DNA from: Auanema rhodensis
Taxonomy: Eukaryota > Animalia > Nematoda
DNA: 64,000 bases
Direction of reading: 5' to 3'
NCBI GenBank assembly: GCA_964057225.1
Contig: OZ059897.1
Span: 19,716,001 to 19,780,000 of the forward strand
Shown here: positions 10,878-25,617 of the stretch, in pieces
Layout: each line of letters opens with the position of its first letter
Numbering within the stretch: the stretch's first letter is position 1
Program-made: the position numbers and the translations under genes
The notes under the pieces: generated by a model
The model's input: the letters and a program-made list of their open reading frames with translations, nothing else
Databases searched by the model: none
What the model was told of the DNA's origin: nothing

Positions 10878-13800
10878 AATTCTTCAGGGTGAAAATCGAG
10901 GATATAAGTGTGAACTTATATCAGTTGATATCTCGGTGCATTTTTAAGCTAGCGCAAATCTGATAACACAGATCGACGCAGCTTAAAAATCCGCATCGAA
11001 TGCACTATACTACATTGAGAAACGCTTAATACAAAAATTAGTTATGATCGTTTGAAAAATGATGCATTAGTGTATGTTGAGTTTCCATGTACACTCAACA
11101 TTGCTTCCAAAAACATTTTGACAAAAATTTTTTCGAAAAATTTCAAAATAATTTAGCAAAAAGTAGATGTTTTTAGATTCCATTTTTCAAGGCAAAGACG
11201 ATGGACAATGTTATTCAACGAAAAAATTAATTCTTCAGGGTGAAAATCGAGGATATAAGTGTGAACTTATATCAGTTGATATCTCGGTGCATTTTTAAGC
11301 TAGCGCAAATCTGATAACACAGATCGACGCAGCTTAAAAATCCGCATCGAATGCACTATACTACATTGAGAAACGCTTAATACAAAAATTAGTTATGATC
11401 GTTTGAAAAATGATGCATTAGTGTATGTTGAGTTTCCATGTACACTCAACATTGCTTCCAAAAACATTTTGACAAAAATTTTTTTGAAAAAATTCAAAAT
11501 AATTTAGCAAAAAGTAGATGTTTTTAGATTCCTTTTTTCAAGGCAAAGACGATGGACAATGTTATTCAACGAAAAAATTATTTCTTCAGGGTGAAAATCG
11601 AGGATATAAGTGTGAACTTATATCAGTTGATATCTCGGTGCATTTTTAAGCTAGCGCAAATCTGATAACACAGATCGACGCAGCTTAAAAATCCGCATCG
11701 AATGCACTATACTACATTGAGAAACGCTTAATACAAAAATTAGTTATGATCGTTTGAAAAATGATGCATTAGTGTATGTTGAGTTTCCATGTACACTCAA
11801 CATTGCTTCCAAAAACATTTTGACAAAAATTTTTTCGAAAAATTTCAAAATAATTTAGCAAAAAGTAGATGTTTTTAGATTCCTTTTTTCAAGGCAAAGA
11901 CGATGGACAATGTGATTCAACGAAAAAATTATTTCTTCAGGGTGAAAATCGAGGATATAAGTGTGAACTTATATCAGTTGATATCTCGGTGCATTTTTAA
12001 GCTAGCGCAAATCTGATAACACAGATCGACGCAGCTTAAAAATCCGCATCGAATGCACTTTACTACATTGAGAAACGCTTAATACAAAAATTAGTTATGA
12101 TCGTTTGAAAAATGATGCATTAGTGTATGTTGAGTTTCCATGTACACTCAACATTGCTTCCAAAAACATTTTGACAAAAATTTTTTCGAAAAATTTCAAA
12201 ATAATTTAGCAAAAAGTAGATGTTTTTAGATTCCATTTTTCAAGGCAAAGACGATGGACAATGTTATTCAACGAAAAAATTAATTCTTCAGGGTGAAAAT
12301 CGAGGATATAAGTGTGAACTTATATCAGTTGATATCTCGGTGCATTTTTAAGCTAGCGCAAATCTGATAACACAGATCGACGCAGCTTAAAAATCCGCAT
12401 CGAATGCACTATACTACATTGAGAAACGCTTAATACAAAAATTAGTTATGATCGTTTGAAAAATGATGCATTAGTGTATGTTGAGTTTCCATGTACACTC
12501 AACATTGCTTCCAAAAACATTTTGACAAAAATTTTTTCGAAAAATTTCAAAATAATTTAGCAGAAAGTAGATGTTTTTAGATTCCATTTTTCAAGGCAAA
12601 GACGATGGACAATGTTATTCAACGAAAAAATTAATTCTTCAGGGTGAAAATCGAGGATATAAGTGTGAACTTATATCAGTTGATATCTCGGTGCATTTTT
12701 AAGCTAGCGCAAATCTGATAACACAGATCGACGCAGCTTAAAAATCCGCATCGAATGCACTATACTACATTGAGAAACGCTTAATACAAAAATTAGTTAT
12801 GATCGTTTGAAAAATGATGCATTAGTGTATGTTGAGTTTCCATGTACACTCAACATTGCTTCCAAAAACATTTTGACAAAAATTTTTTTGAAAAAATTCA
12901 AAATAATTTAGCAAAAAGTAGATGTTTTTAGATTCCTTTTTTCAAGGCAAAGACGATGGACAATGTTATTCAACGAAAAAATTATTTCTTCAGGGTGAAA
13001 ATCGAGGATATAAGTGTGAACTTATATCAGTTGATATCTCGGTGCATTTTTAAGCTAGCGCAAATCTGATAACACAGATCGACGCAGCTTAAAAATCCGC
13101 ATCGAATGCACTATACTACATTGAGAAACGCTTAATACAAAAATTAGTTATGATCGTTTGAAAAATGATGCATTAGTGTATGTTGAGTTTCCATGTACAC
13201 TCAACATTGCTTCCAAAAACATTTTGACAAAAATTTTTTCGAAAAATTTCAAAATAATTTAGCAAAAAGTAGATGTTTTTAGATTCCTTTTTTCAAGGCA
13301 AAGACGATGGACAATGTTATTCAACGAAAAAATTATTTCTTCAGGGTGAAAATCGAGGATATAAGTGTGAACTTATATCAGTTGATATCTCGGTGCATTT
13401 TTAAGCTAGCGCAAATCTGATAACACAGATCGACGCAGCTTAAAAATCCGCATCGAATGCACTATACTACATTGAGAAACGCTTAATACAAAAATTAGTT
13501 ATGATCGTTTGAAAAATGATGCATTAGTGTATGTTGAGTTTCCATGTACACTCAACATTGCTTCCAAAAACATTTTGACAAAAATTTTTTCGAAAAATTT
13601 CAAAATAATTTAGCAAAAAGTAGATGTTTTTAGATTCCTTTTTTCAAGGCAAAGACGATGGACAATGTGATTCAACGAAAAAATTATTTCTTCAGGGTGA
13701 AAATCGAGGATATAAGTGTGAACTTATATCAGTTGATATCTCGGTGCATTTTTAAGCTAGCGCAAATCTGATAACACAGATCGACGCAGCTTAAAAATCC

Positions 13801-16800
13801 GCATCGAATGCACTATACTACATTGAGAAACGCTTAATACAAAAATTAGTTATGATCGTTTGAAAAATGATGCATTAGTGTATGTTGAGTTTCCATGTAC
13901 ACTCAACATTGCTTCCAAAAACATTTTGACAAAAATTTTTTCGAAAAATTTCAAAATAATTTAGCAAAAAGTAGATGTTTTTAGATTCCATTTCTCAAGG
14001 CAAAGACGATAGACAATGTTATTCAACGAAAAAATTAATTCTTCAGGGTGAAAATCGAGGATATAAGTGTGAACTTATATCAGTTGATATCTCGGTGCAT
14101 TTTTAAGCTAGCGCAAATCTGATAACACAGATCGACGCAGCTTAAAAATCCGCATCGAATGCACTATACTACATTGAGAAACGCTTAATACAAAAATTAG
14201 TTATGATCGTTTGAAAAATGATGCATTAGTGTATGTTGAGTTTCCATGTACACTCAACATTGCTTCCAAAAACATTTTGACAAAAATTTTTTCGAAAAAT
14301 TTCAAAATAATTTAGCAAAAAGTAGATGTTTTTAGATTCCATTTTTCAAGGCAAAGACGATGGACAATGTTATTCAACGAAAAAATTAATTCTTCAGGGT
14401 GAAAATCGAGGATATAAGTGTGAACTTATATCAGTTGATATCTCGGTGCATTTTTAAGCTAGCGCAAATCTGATAACACAGATCGACGCAGCTTAAAAAT
14501 CCGCATCGAATGCACTATACTACATTGAGAAACGCTTAATACAAAAATTAGTTATGATCGTTTGAAAAATGATGCATTAGTGTATGTTGAGTTTCCATGT
14601 ACACTCAACATTGCTTCCAAAAACATTTTGACAAAAATTTTTTCGAAAAATTTCAAAATAATTTAGCAGAAAGTAGATGTTTTTAGATTCCATTTTTCAA
14701 GGCAAAGACGATGGACAATGTTATTCAACGAAAAAATTAATTCTTCAGGGTGAAAATCGAGGATATAAGTGTGAACTTATATCAGTTGATATCTCGGTGC
14801 ATTTTTAAGCTAGCGCAAATCTGATAACACAGATCGACGCAGCTTAAAAATCCGCATCGAATGCACTATACTACATTGAGAAACGCTTAATACAAAAATT
14901 AGTTATGATCGTTTGAAAAATGATGCATTAGTGTATGTTGAGTTTCCATGTACACTCAACATTGCTTCCAAAAACATTTTGACAAAAATTTTTTTGAAAA
15001 AATTCAAAATAATTTAGCAAAAAGTAGATGTTTTTAGATTCCTTTTTTCAAAGCAAAGACGATGGACAATGTTATTCAACGAAAAAATTATTTCTTCAGG
15101 GTGAAAATCGAGGATATAAGTGTGAACTTATATCAGTTGATATCTCGGTGCATTTTTAAGCTAGCGCAAATCTGATAACACAGATCGACGCAGCTTAACA
15201 ATCCGCATCGAATGCACTATACTACATTGAAAAACGCTTGATACAAAATTAGTTATGATCTTTTGAAAAATGATGCATTAGTGTATGTTGAGTTTCCATG
15301 TACACTCAACATTGCTTCCAAAAACATTTTGACAAAAATTTTTTCGAAAAATTTCAAAATAATTTAGCAAAACGTAGATGTTTTTAGATTCCATTTTTCA
15401 AGGCAAAGACGATGGACAATGTTATTCAACGAAAAAATTAATTCTTCAGGGTGAAAATCGAGGATATAAGTGTGAACTTATATCAGTTGATATCTCGGTG
15501 CATTTTTAAGCTAGCGCAAATCTGATAACACAGATCGACGCAGCTTAAAAATCCGCATCGAATGCACTATACTACATTGAGAAACGCTTAATACAAAAAT
15601 TAGTTATGATCGTTTGAAAAATGATGCATTAGTGTATGTTGAGTTTCCATGTACACTCAACATTGCTTCCAAAAACATTTTGACAAAAATTTTTTTGAAA
15701 AAATTCAAAATAATTTAGCAAAAAGTAGATGTTTTTAGATTCCTTTTTTCAAGGCAAAGACGATGGACAATGTTATTCAACGAAAAAATTATTTCTTCAG
15801 GGTGAAAATCGAGGATATAAGTGTGAACTTATATCAGTTGATATCTCGGTGCATTTTTAAGCTAGCGCAAATCTGATAACACAGATCGACGCAGCTTAAA
15901 AATCCGCATCGAATGCACTATACTACATTGAGAAACGCTTAATACAAAAATTAGTTATGATCGTTTGAAAAATGATGCATTAGTGTATGTTGAGTTTCCA
16001 TGTACACTCAACATTGCTTCCAAAAACATTTTGACAAAAATTTTTTCGAAAAATTTCAAAATAATTTAGCAAAAAGTAGATGTTTTTAGATTCCTTTTTT
16101 CAAGGCAAAGACGATGGACAATGTGATTCAACGAAAAAATTATTTCTTCAGGGTGAAAATCGAGGATATAAGTGTGAACTTATATCAGTTGATATCTCGG
16201 TGCATTTTTAAGCTAGCGCAAATCTGATAACACAGATCGACGCAGCTTAAAAATCCGCATCGAATGCACTATACTACATTGAGAAACGCTTAATACAAAA
16301 ATTAGTTATGATCGTTTGAAAAATGATGCATTAGTGTATGTTGAGTTTCCATGTACACTCAACATTGCTTCCAAAAACATTTTGACAAAAATTTTTTCGA
16401 AAAATTTCAAAATAATTTAGCAAAAAGTAGATGTTTTTAGATTCCATTTCTCAAGGCAAAGACGATAGACAATGTTATTCAACGAAAAAATTAATTCTTC
16501 AGGGTGAAAATCGAGGATATAAGTGTGAACTTATATCAGTTGATATCTCGGTGCATTTTTAAGCTAGCGCAAATCTGATAACACAGATCGACGCAGCTTA
16601 AAAATCCGCATCGAATGCACTATACTACATTGAGAAACGCTTAATACAAAAATTAGTTATGATCGTTTGAAAAATGATGCATTAGTGTATGTTGAGTTTC
16701 CATGTACACTCAACATTGCTTCCAAAAACATTTTGACAAAAATTTTTTCGAAAAATTTCAAAATAATTTAGCAAAAAGTAGATGTTTTTAGATTCCATTT

Positions 16801-18247
16801 TTCAAGGCAAAGACGATGGACAATGTTATACAACGAAAAAATTAATTCTTCAGGGTGAAAATCGAGGATATAAGTGTGAACTTATATCAGTTGATATCTC
16901 GGTGCATTTTTAAGCTAGCGCAAATCTGATAACACAGATCGACGCAGCTTAAAAATCCGCATCGAATGCACTATACTACATTGAGAAACGCTTAATACAA
17001 AAATTAGTTATGATCGTTTGAAAAATGATGCATTAGTGTATGTTGAGTTTCCATGTACACTCAACATTGCTTCCAAAAACATTTTGACAAAAATTTTTTC
17101 GAAAAATTTCAAAATAATTTAGCAAAAAGTAGATGTTTTTAGATTCCATTTTTCAAGGCAAAGACGATGGACAATGTTATTCAACGAAAAAATTAATTCT
17201 TCAGGGTGAAAATCGAGGATATAAGTGTGAACTTATATCAGTTGATATCTCGGTGCATTTTTAAGCTAGCGCAAATCTGATAACACAGATCGACGCAGCT
17301 TAAAAATCCGCATCGAATGCACTATACTACATTGAGAAACGCTTAATACAAAAATTAGTTATGATCGTTTGAAAAATGATGCATTAGTGTATGTTGAGTT
17401 TCCATGTACACTCAACATTGCTTCCAAAAACATTTTGACAAAAATTTTTTCGAAAAATTTCAAAATAATTTAGCAAAAAGTAGATGTTTTTAGATTCCAT
17501 TCTTCAAGGCAAAGACGATAGACAATGTTATTCAACGAAAAAATTAATTCTTCAGGGTGAAAATCGAGGATATAAGTGTGAACTTATATCAGTTGATATC
17601 TCGGTGCATTTTTAAGCTAGCGCAAATCTGATAACACAGATCGACGCAGCTTAAAAATCCGCATCGAATGCACTATACTACATTGAGAAACGCTTGAGAC
17701 AAAAATTAGTTATGATCGTTTGAAAAATGATGCATTAGTGTATGTTGAGTTTCCATGTACACTCAACATTGCTTCCAAAAACATTTTGACAAAAATTTTT
17801 TCGAAAAATTTCAAAATAATTTAGCAAAAAGTAGATGTTTTTAGATTCCATTTTTCAAGGCAAAGACGATGGACAATGTTATTCAACGAAAAAATTAATT
17901 CTTCAGGGTGAAAATCGAGGATATAAGTGTGAACTTATATCAGTTGATATCTCGGTGCATTTTTAAGCTAGCGCAAATCTGATAACACAGATCGACGCAG
18001 CTTAAAAATCCGCATCGAATGCACTATACTACATTGAGAAACGCTTAATACAAAAATTAGTTATGATCGTTTGAAAAATGATGCATTAGTGTATGTTGAG
18101 TTTCCATGTACACTCAACATTGCTTCCAAAAACATTTTGACAAAACTTTTTTCGAAAAATTTCAAAATAATTTAGCAAAAAGTAGATGTTTTTAGATTCC
18201 ATTTTTCAAGGCAAAGACGATAGACAATGTTATTCAACGAAAAAATT

Positions 18248-21200
18248 AATTCTTCAGGGTGAAAATCGAGGATATAAGTGTGAACTTATATCAGTTGATA
18301 TCTCGGTGCATTTTTAAGCTAGCGCAAATCTGATAACACAGATCGACGCAGCTTAAAAATCCGCATCGAATGCACTATACTACATTGAGAAACGCTTAAT
18401 ACAAAAATTAGTTATGATCGTTTGAAAAATGATGCATTAGTGTATGTTGAGTTTCCATGTACACTCAACATTGCTTCCAAAAACATTTTGACAAAAATTT
18501 TTTCGAAAAATTTCAAAATAATTTAGCAAAAAGTAGATGTTTTTAGATTCCATTTTTCAAGGCAAAGACGATGGACAATGTTATTCAACGAAAAAATTAA
18601 TTCTTCAGGGTGAAAATCGAGGATATAAGTGTGAACTTATATCAGTTGATATCTCGGTGCATTTTTAAGCTAGCGCAAATCTGATAACACAGATCGACGC
18701 AGCTTAAAAATCCGCATCGAATGCACTATACTACATTGAGAAACGCTTAATACAAAAATTAGTTATGATCGTTTGAAAAATGATGCATTAGTGTATGTTG
18801 AGTTTCCATGTACACTCAACATTGCTTCCAAAAACATTTTGACAAAAATTTTTTCGAAAAATTTCAAAATAATTTAGCAAAAAGTAGATGTTTTTAGATT
18901 CCTTTTTTCAAAACAAAGACGATGGACAATGTTATTCAACGAAAAAATTATTTCTTCAGGGTGAAAATCGAGGATATAAGTGTGAACTTATATCAGTTGA
19001 TATCTCGGTGCATTTTTAGGCTAGCGCAAATCTGATAACACAGATCGACGCAGCTTAAAAATCCGCATCGAATGCACTATACTACATTGAGAAACGCTTA
19101 ATACAAAAATTAGTTATGATCGTTTGAAAAATGATGCATTAGTGTATGTTGAGTTTCCATGTACACTCAACATTGCTTCCAAAAACATTTTGACAAAAAT
19201 TTTTTCGAAAAATTTCAAAATAATTTAGCAAAAAGTAGATGTTTTTAGATTCCTTTTTTCAAAGCAAAGACGATGGACAATGTTGTTCAACGAAAAAATT
19301 ATTTCTTCAGGGTGAAAATCGAGGATATAAGTGTGAACTTATATCAGTTGATATCTCGGTGCATTTTTAAGCTAGCGCAAATCTGATAACACAGATCGAC
19401 GCAGCTTAAAAATCCGCATCGAATGCACTATACTACATTGAGAAACGCTTAATACAAAAATTAGTTATGATCGTTTGAAAAATGATGCATTAGTGTATGT
19501 TGAGTTTCCATGTACACTCAACATTGCTTCCAAACACATTTTGACAAAAATTTTTTCGAAAAATTTCAAAATAATTCAGCAAAAAGTAGATGTTTTTAGA
19601 TTCCATTTTTCAAGGCAAAGACGATAGACAATGTTATTCAACGAAAAAATTAATTCTTCAGGGTGAAAATCGAGGATATAAGTGTGAACTTATATCAGTT
19701 GATATCTCGGTGCATTTTTAAGCTAGCGCAAATCTGATAACACAGATCGACGCAGCTTAAAAATCCGCATCGAATGCACTATACTACATTGAGAAACGCT
19801 TAATACAAAAATTAGTTATGATCGTTTGAAAAATGATGCATTAGTGTATGTTGAGTTTCCATGTACACTCAACATTGCTTCCAAAAACATTTTGACAAAA
19901 ATTTTTTCGAAAAATTTCAAAATAATTTAGCAAAAAGTAGATGTTTTTAGATTCCATTTTTCAAGGCAAAGACGATGGACAATGTTATTCAACGAAAAAA
20001 TTAATTCTTCAGGGTGAAAATCGAGGATATAAGTGTGAACTTATATCAGTTGATATCTCGGTGCATTTTTAAGCTAGCGCAAATCTGATAACACAGATCG
20101 ACGCAGCTTAAAAATCCGCATCGAATGCACTATACTACATTGAGAAACGCTTAATACAAAAATTAGTTATGATCGTTTGAAAAATGATGCATTAGTGTAT
20201 GTTGAGTTTCCATGTACACTCAACATTGCTTCCAAAAACATTTTGACAAAAATTTTTTCGAAAAATTTCAAAATAATTTAGCAAAAAGTAGATGTTTTTA
20301 GATTCCATTTTTCAAGGCAAAGACGATGGACAATGTTATTCAACGAAAAAATTAATTCTTCAGGGTGAAAATCGAGGATATAAGTGTGAACTTATATCAG
20401 TTGATATCTCGGTGCATTTTTAAGCTAGCGCAAATCTGATAACACAGATCGACGCAGCTTAACAATCCGCATCGAATGCACTATACTACATTGAAAAACG
20501 CTTGATACAAAATTAGTTATGATCTTTTGAAAAATGATGCATTAGTGTATGTTGAGTTTCCATGTACACTCAACATTGCTTCCAAAAACATTTTGACAAA
20601 AATTTTTTCGAAAAATTTCAAAATAATTTAGCAAAACGTAGATGTTTTTAGATTCCATTTTTCAAGGCAAAGACGATGGACAATGTTATTCAACGAAAAA
20701 ATTAATTCTTCAGGGTGAAAATCGAGGATATAAGTGTGAACTTATATCAGTTGATATCTCGGTGCATTTTTAAGCTAGCGCAAATCTGATAACACAGATC
20801 GACGCAGCTTAAAAATCCGCATCGAATGCACTATACTACATTGAAAAACGCTTGATACAAAAATTAGTTATGATCGTTTGAAAAATGATGCATTAGTGTA
20901 TGTTGAGTTTCCATGTACACTCAACATTGCTTCCAAAAACATTTTGACAAAACTTTTTTCGAAAAATTTCAAAATAATTTAGCAAAAAGTAGATGTTTTT
21001 AGATTCCATTTTTCAAGGCAAAGACGATAGACAATGTTATTCAACGAAAAAATTAATTCTTCAGGGTGAAAATCGAGGATATAAGTGTGAACTTATATCA
21101 GTTGATATCTCGGTGCATTTTTAAGCTAGCGCAAATCTGATAACACAGATCGACGCAGCTTAAAAATCCGCATCGAATGCACTATACTACATTGAGAAAC

Positions 21201-24200
21201 GCTTAATACAAAAATTAGTTATGATCGTTTGAAAAATGATGCATTAGTGTATGTTGAGTTTCCATGTACACTCAACATTGCTTCCAAAAACATTTTGACA
21301 AAAATTTTTTCGAAAAATTTCAAAATAATTTAGCAAAAAGTAGATGTTTTTAGATTCCATTTTCCAAGGCAAAGACGATGGACAATGTTATTCAACGAAA
21401 AAATTAATTCTTCAGGGTGAAAATCGAGGATATAAGTGTGAACTTATATCAGTTGATATCTCGGTGCATTTTTAAGCTAGCGCAAATCTGATAACACAGA
21501 TCGACGCAGCTTAAAAATCCGCATCGAATGCACTATACTACATTGAGAAACGCTTAATACAAAAATTAGTTATGATCGTTTGAAAAATGATGCATTAGTG
21601 TATGTTGAGTTTCCATGTACACTCAACATTGCTTCCAAAAACATTTTGACAAAAATTTTTTCGAAAAATTTCAAAATAATTTAGCAAAAAGTAGATGTTT
21701 TTAGATTCCTTTTTTCAAAACAAAGACGATGGACAATGTTATTCAACGAAAAAATTAATTCTTCAGGGTGAAAATCGAGGATATAAGTGTGAACTTATAT
21801 CAGTTGATATCTCGGTGCATTTTTAAGCTAGCGCAAATCTGATAACACAGATCGACGCAGCTTAAAAATCCGCATCGAATGCACTATACTACATTGAGAA
21901 ACGCTTAATACAAAAATTAGTTATGATCGTTTGAAAAATGATGCATTAGTGTATGTTGAGTTTCCATGTACACTCAACATTGCTTCCAAAAACATTTTGA
22001 CAAAAATTTTTTCGAAAAATTTCAAAATAATTTAGCAAAAAGTAGATGTTTTTAGATTCCTTTTTTCAAAGCAAAGACGATGGACAATGTTGTTCAACGA
22101 AAAAATTATTTCTTCAGGGTGAAAATCGAGGATATAAGTGTGAACTTATATCAGTTGATATCTCGGTGCATTTTTAAGCTAGCGCAAATCTGATAACACA
22201 GATCGACGCAGCTTAAAAATCCGCATCGAATGCACTATACTACATTGAGAAACGCTTAATACAAAAATTAGTTATGATCGTTTGAAAAATGATGCATTAG
22301 TGTATGTTGAGTTTCCATGTACACTCAACATTGCTTCCAAACACATTTTGACAAAAATTTTTTCGAAAAATTTCAAAATAATTCAGCAAAAAGTAGATGT
22401 TTTTAGATTCCATTTTTCAAGGCAAAGACGATAGACAATGTTATTCAACGAAAAAATTAATTCTTCAGGGTGAAAATCGAGGATATAAGTGTGAACTTAT
22501 ATCAGTTGATATCTCGGTGCATTTTTAAGCTAGCGCAAATCTGATAACACAGATCGACGCAGCTTAAAAATCCGCATCGAATGCACTATACTACATTGAG
22601 AAACGCTTAATACAAAAATTAGTTATGATCGTTTGAAAAATGATGCATTAGTGTATGTTGAGTTTCCATGTACACTCAACATTGCTTCCAAAAACATTTT
22701 GACAAAAATTTTTTCGAAAAATTTCAAAATAATTTAGCAAAAAGTAGATGTTTTTAGATTCCATTTTTCAAGGCAAAGACGATGGACAATGTTATTCAAC
22801 GAAAAAATTAATTCTTCAGGGTGAAAATCGAGGATATAAGTGTGAACTTATATCAGTTGATATCTCGGTGCATTTTTAAGCTAGCGCAAATCTGATAACA
22901 CAGATCGACGCAGCTTAAAAATCCGCATCGAATGCACTATACTACATTGAGAAACGCTTAATACAAAAATTAGTTATGATCGTTTGAAAAATGATGCATT
23001 AGTGTATGTTGAGTTTCCATGTACACTCAACATTGCTTCCAAAAACATTTTGACAAAAATTTTTTCGAAAAATTTCAAAATAATTTAGCAAAAAGTAGAT
23101 GTTTTTAGATTCCTTTTTTCAAAGCAAAGACGATGGACAATGTTATTCAACGAAAAAATTATTTCTTCAGGGTGAAAATCGAGGATATAAGTGTGAACTT
23201 ATATCAGTTGATATCTCGGTGCATTTTTAAGCTAGCGCAAATCTGATAACACAGATCGACGCAGCTTAAAAATCCGCATCGAATGCACTATACTACATTG
23301 AGAAACGCTTAATACAAAAATTAGTTATGATCGTTTGAAAAATGATGCATTAGTGTATGTTGAGTTTCCATGTACACTCAACATTGCTTCCAAAAACATT
23401 TTGACAAAAATTTTTTCGAAAAATTTCAAAATAATTTAGCAAAAAGTAGATGTTTTTAGATTCCATTTTTCAAGGCAAAGACGATAGACAATGTTATTCA
23501 ACGAAAAAATTAATTCTTCAGGGTGAAAATCGAGGATATAAGTGTGAACTTATATCAGTTGATATCTCGGTGCATTTTTAAGCTAGCGCAAATCTGATAA
23601 CACAGATCGACGCAGCTTAAAAATCCGCATCGAATGCACTATACTACATTGAGAAACGCTTAATACAAAAATTAGTTATGATCGTTTGAAAAATGATGCA
23701 TTAGTGTATGTTGAGTTTCCATGTACACTCAACATTGCTTCCAAAAACATTTTGACAAAAATTTTTTCGAAAAATTTCAAAATAATTTAGCAAAAAGTAG
23801 ATGTTTTTAGATTCCATTTTTCAAGGCAAAGACGATGGACAATGTTATTCAACGAAAAAATTAATTCTTCAGGGTGAAAATCGAGGATATAAGTGTGAAC
23901 TTATATCAGTTGATATCTCGGTGCATTTTTAAGCTAGCGCAAATCTGATAACACAGATCGACGCAGCTTAAAAATCCGCATCGAATGCACTATACTACAT
24001 TGAGAAACGCTTAATACAAAAATTAGTTATGATCGTTTGAAAAATGATGCATTAGTGTATGTTGAGTTTCCATGTACACTCAACATTGCTTCCAAAAACA
24101 TTTTGACAAAAATTTTTTCGAAAAATTTCAAAATAATTTAGCAAAAAGTAGATGTTTTTAGATTCCTTTTTTCAAAACAAAGACGATGGACAATGTTATT

Positions 24201-25617
24201 CAACGAAAAAATTATTTCTTCAGGGTGAAAATCGAGGATATAAGTGTGAACTTATATCAGTTGATATCTCGGTGCATTTTTAAGCTAGCGCAAATCTGAT
24301 AACACAGATCGACGCAGCTTAAAAATCCGCATCGAATGCACTATACTACATTGAGAAACGCTTAATACAAAAATTAGTTATGATCGTTTGAAAAATGATG
24401 CATTAGTGTATGTTGAGTTTCCATGTACACTCAACATTGCTTCCAAAAACATTTTGACAAAAATTTTTTCGAAAAATTTCAAAATAATTTAGCAAAAAGT
24501 AGATGTTTTTAGATTCCTTTTTTCAAAGCAAAGACGATGGACAATGTTGTTCAACGAAAAAATTATTTCTTCAGGGTGAAAATCGAGGATATAAGTGTGA
24601 ACTTATATCAGTTGATATCTCGGTGCATTTTTAAGCTAGCGCAAATCTGATAACACAGATCGACGCAGCTTAAAAATCCGCATCGAATGCACTATACTAC
24701 ATTGAGAAACGCTTAATACAAAAATTAGTTATGATCGTTTGAAAAATGATGCATTAGTGTATGTTGAGTTTCCATGTACACTCAACATTGCTTCCAAACA
24801 CATTTTGACAAAAATTTTTTCGAAAAATTTCAAAATAATTCAGCAAAAAGTAGATGTTTTTAGATTCCATTTTTCAAGGCAAAGACGATAGACAATGTTA
24901 TTCAACGAAAAAATTAATTCTTCAGGGTGAAAATCGAGGATATAAGTGTGAACTTATATCAGTTGATATCTCGGTGCATTTTTAAGCTAGCGCAAATCTG
25001 ATAACACAGATCGACGCAGCTTAAAAATCCGCATCGAATGCACTATACTACATTGAGAAACGCTTAATACAAAAATTAGTTATGATCGTTTGAAAAATGA
25101 TGCATTAGTGTATGTTGAGTTTCCATGTACACTCAACATTGCTTCCAAAAACATTTTGACAAAAATTTTTTCGAAAAATTTCAAAATAATTTAGCAAAAA
25201 GTAGATGTTTTTAGATTCCATTTTTCAAGGCAAAGACGATGGACAATGTTATTCAACGAAAAAATTAATTCTTCAGGGTGAAAATCGAGGATATAAGTGT
25301 GAACTTATATCAGTTGATATCTCGGTGCATTTTTAAGCTAGCGCAAATCTGATAACACAGATCGACGCAGCTTAAAAATCCGCATCGAATGCACTATACT
25401 ACATTGAGAAACGCTTAATACAAAAATTAGTTATGATCGTTTGAAAAATGATGCATTAGTGTATGTTGAGTTTCCATGTACACTCAACATTGCTTCCAAA
25501 AACATTTTGACAAAAATTTTTTCGAAAAATTTCAAAATAATTTAGCAAAAAGTAGATGTTTTTAGATTCCTTTTTTCAAAGCAAAGACGATGGACAATGT
25601 TATTCAACGAAAAAATT
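18248..25617 (+). repeat. Three copies of a 5-6 monomer cassette at 8- then 7-monomer spacing
   Basis: The ordered trio CAAAAC tail / TGTTGTTC tail / CAAACAC+ATTCAGC monomer starts at 18599, 21406 and 23863, each flanked by near-consensus monomers. Confidence 0.85.
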
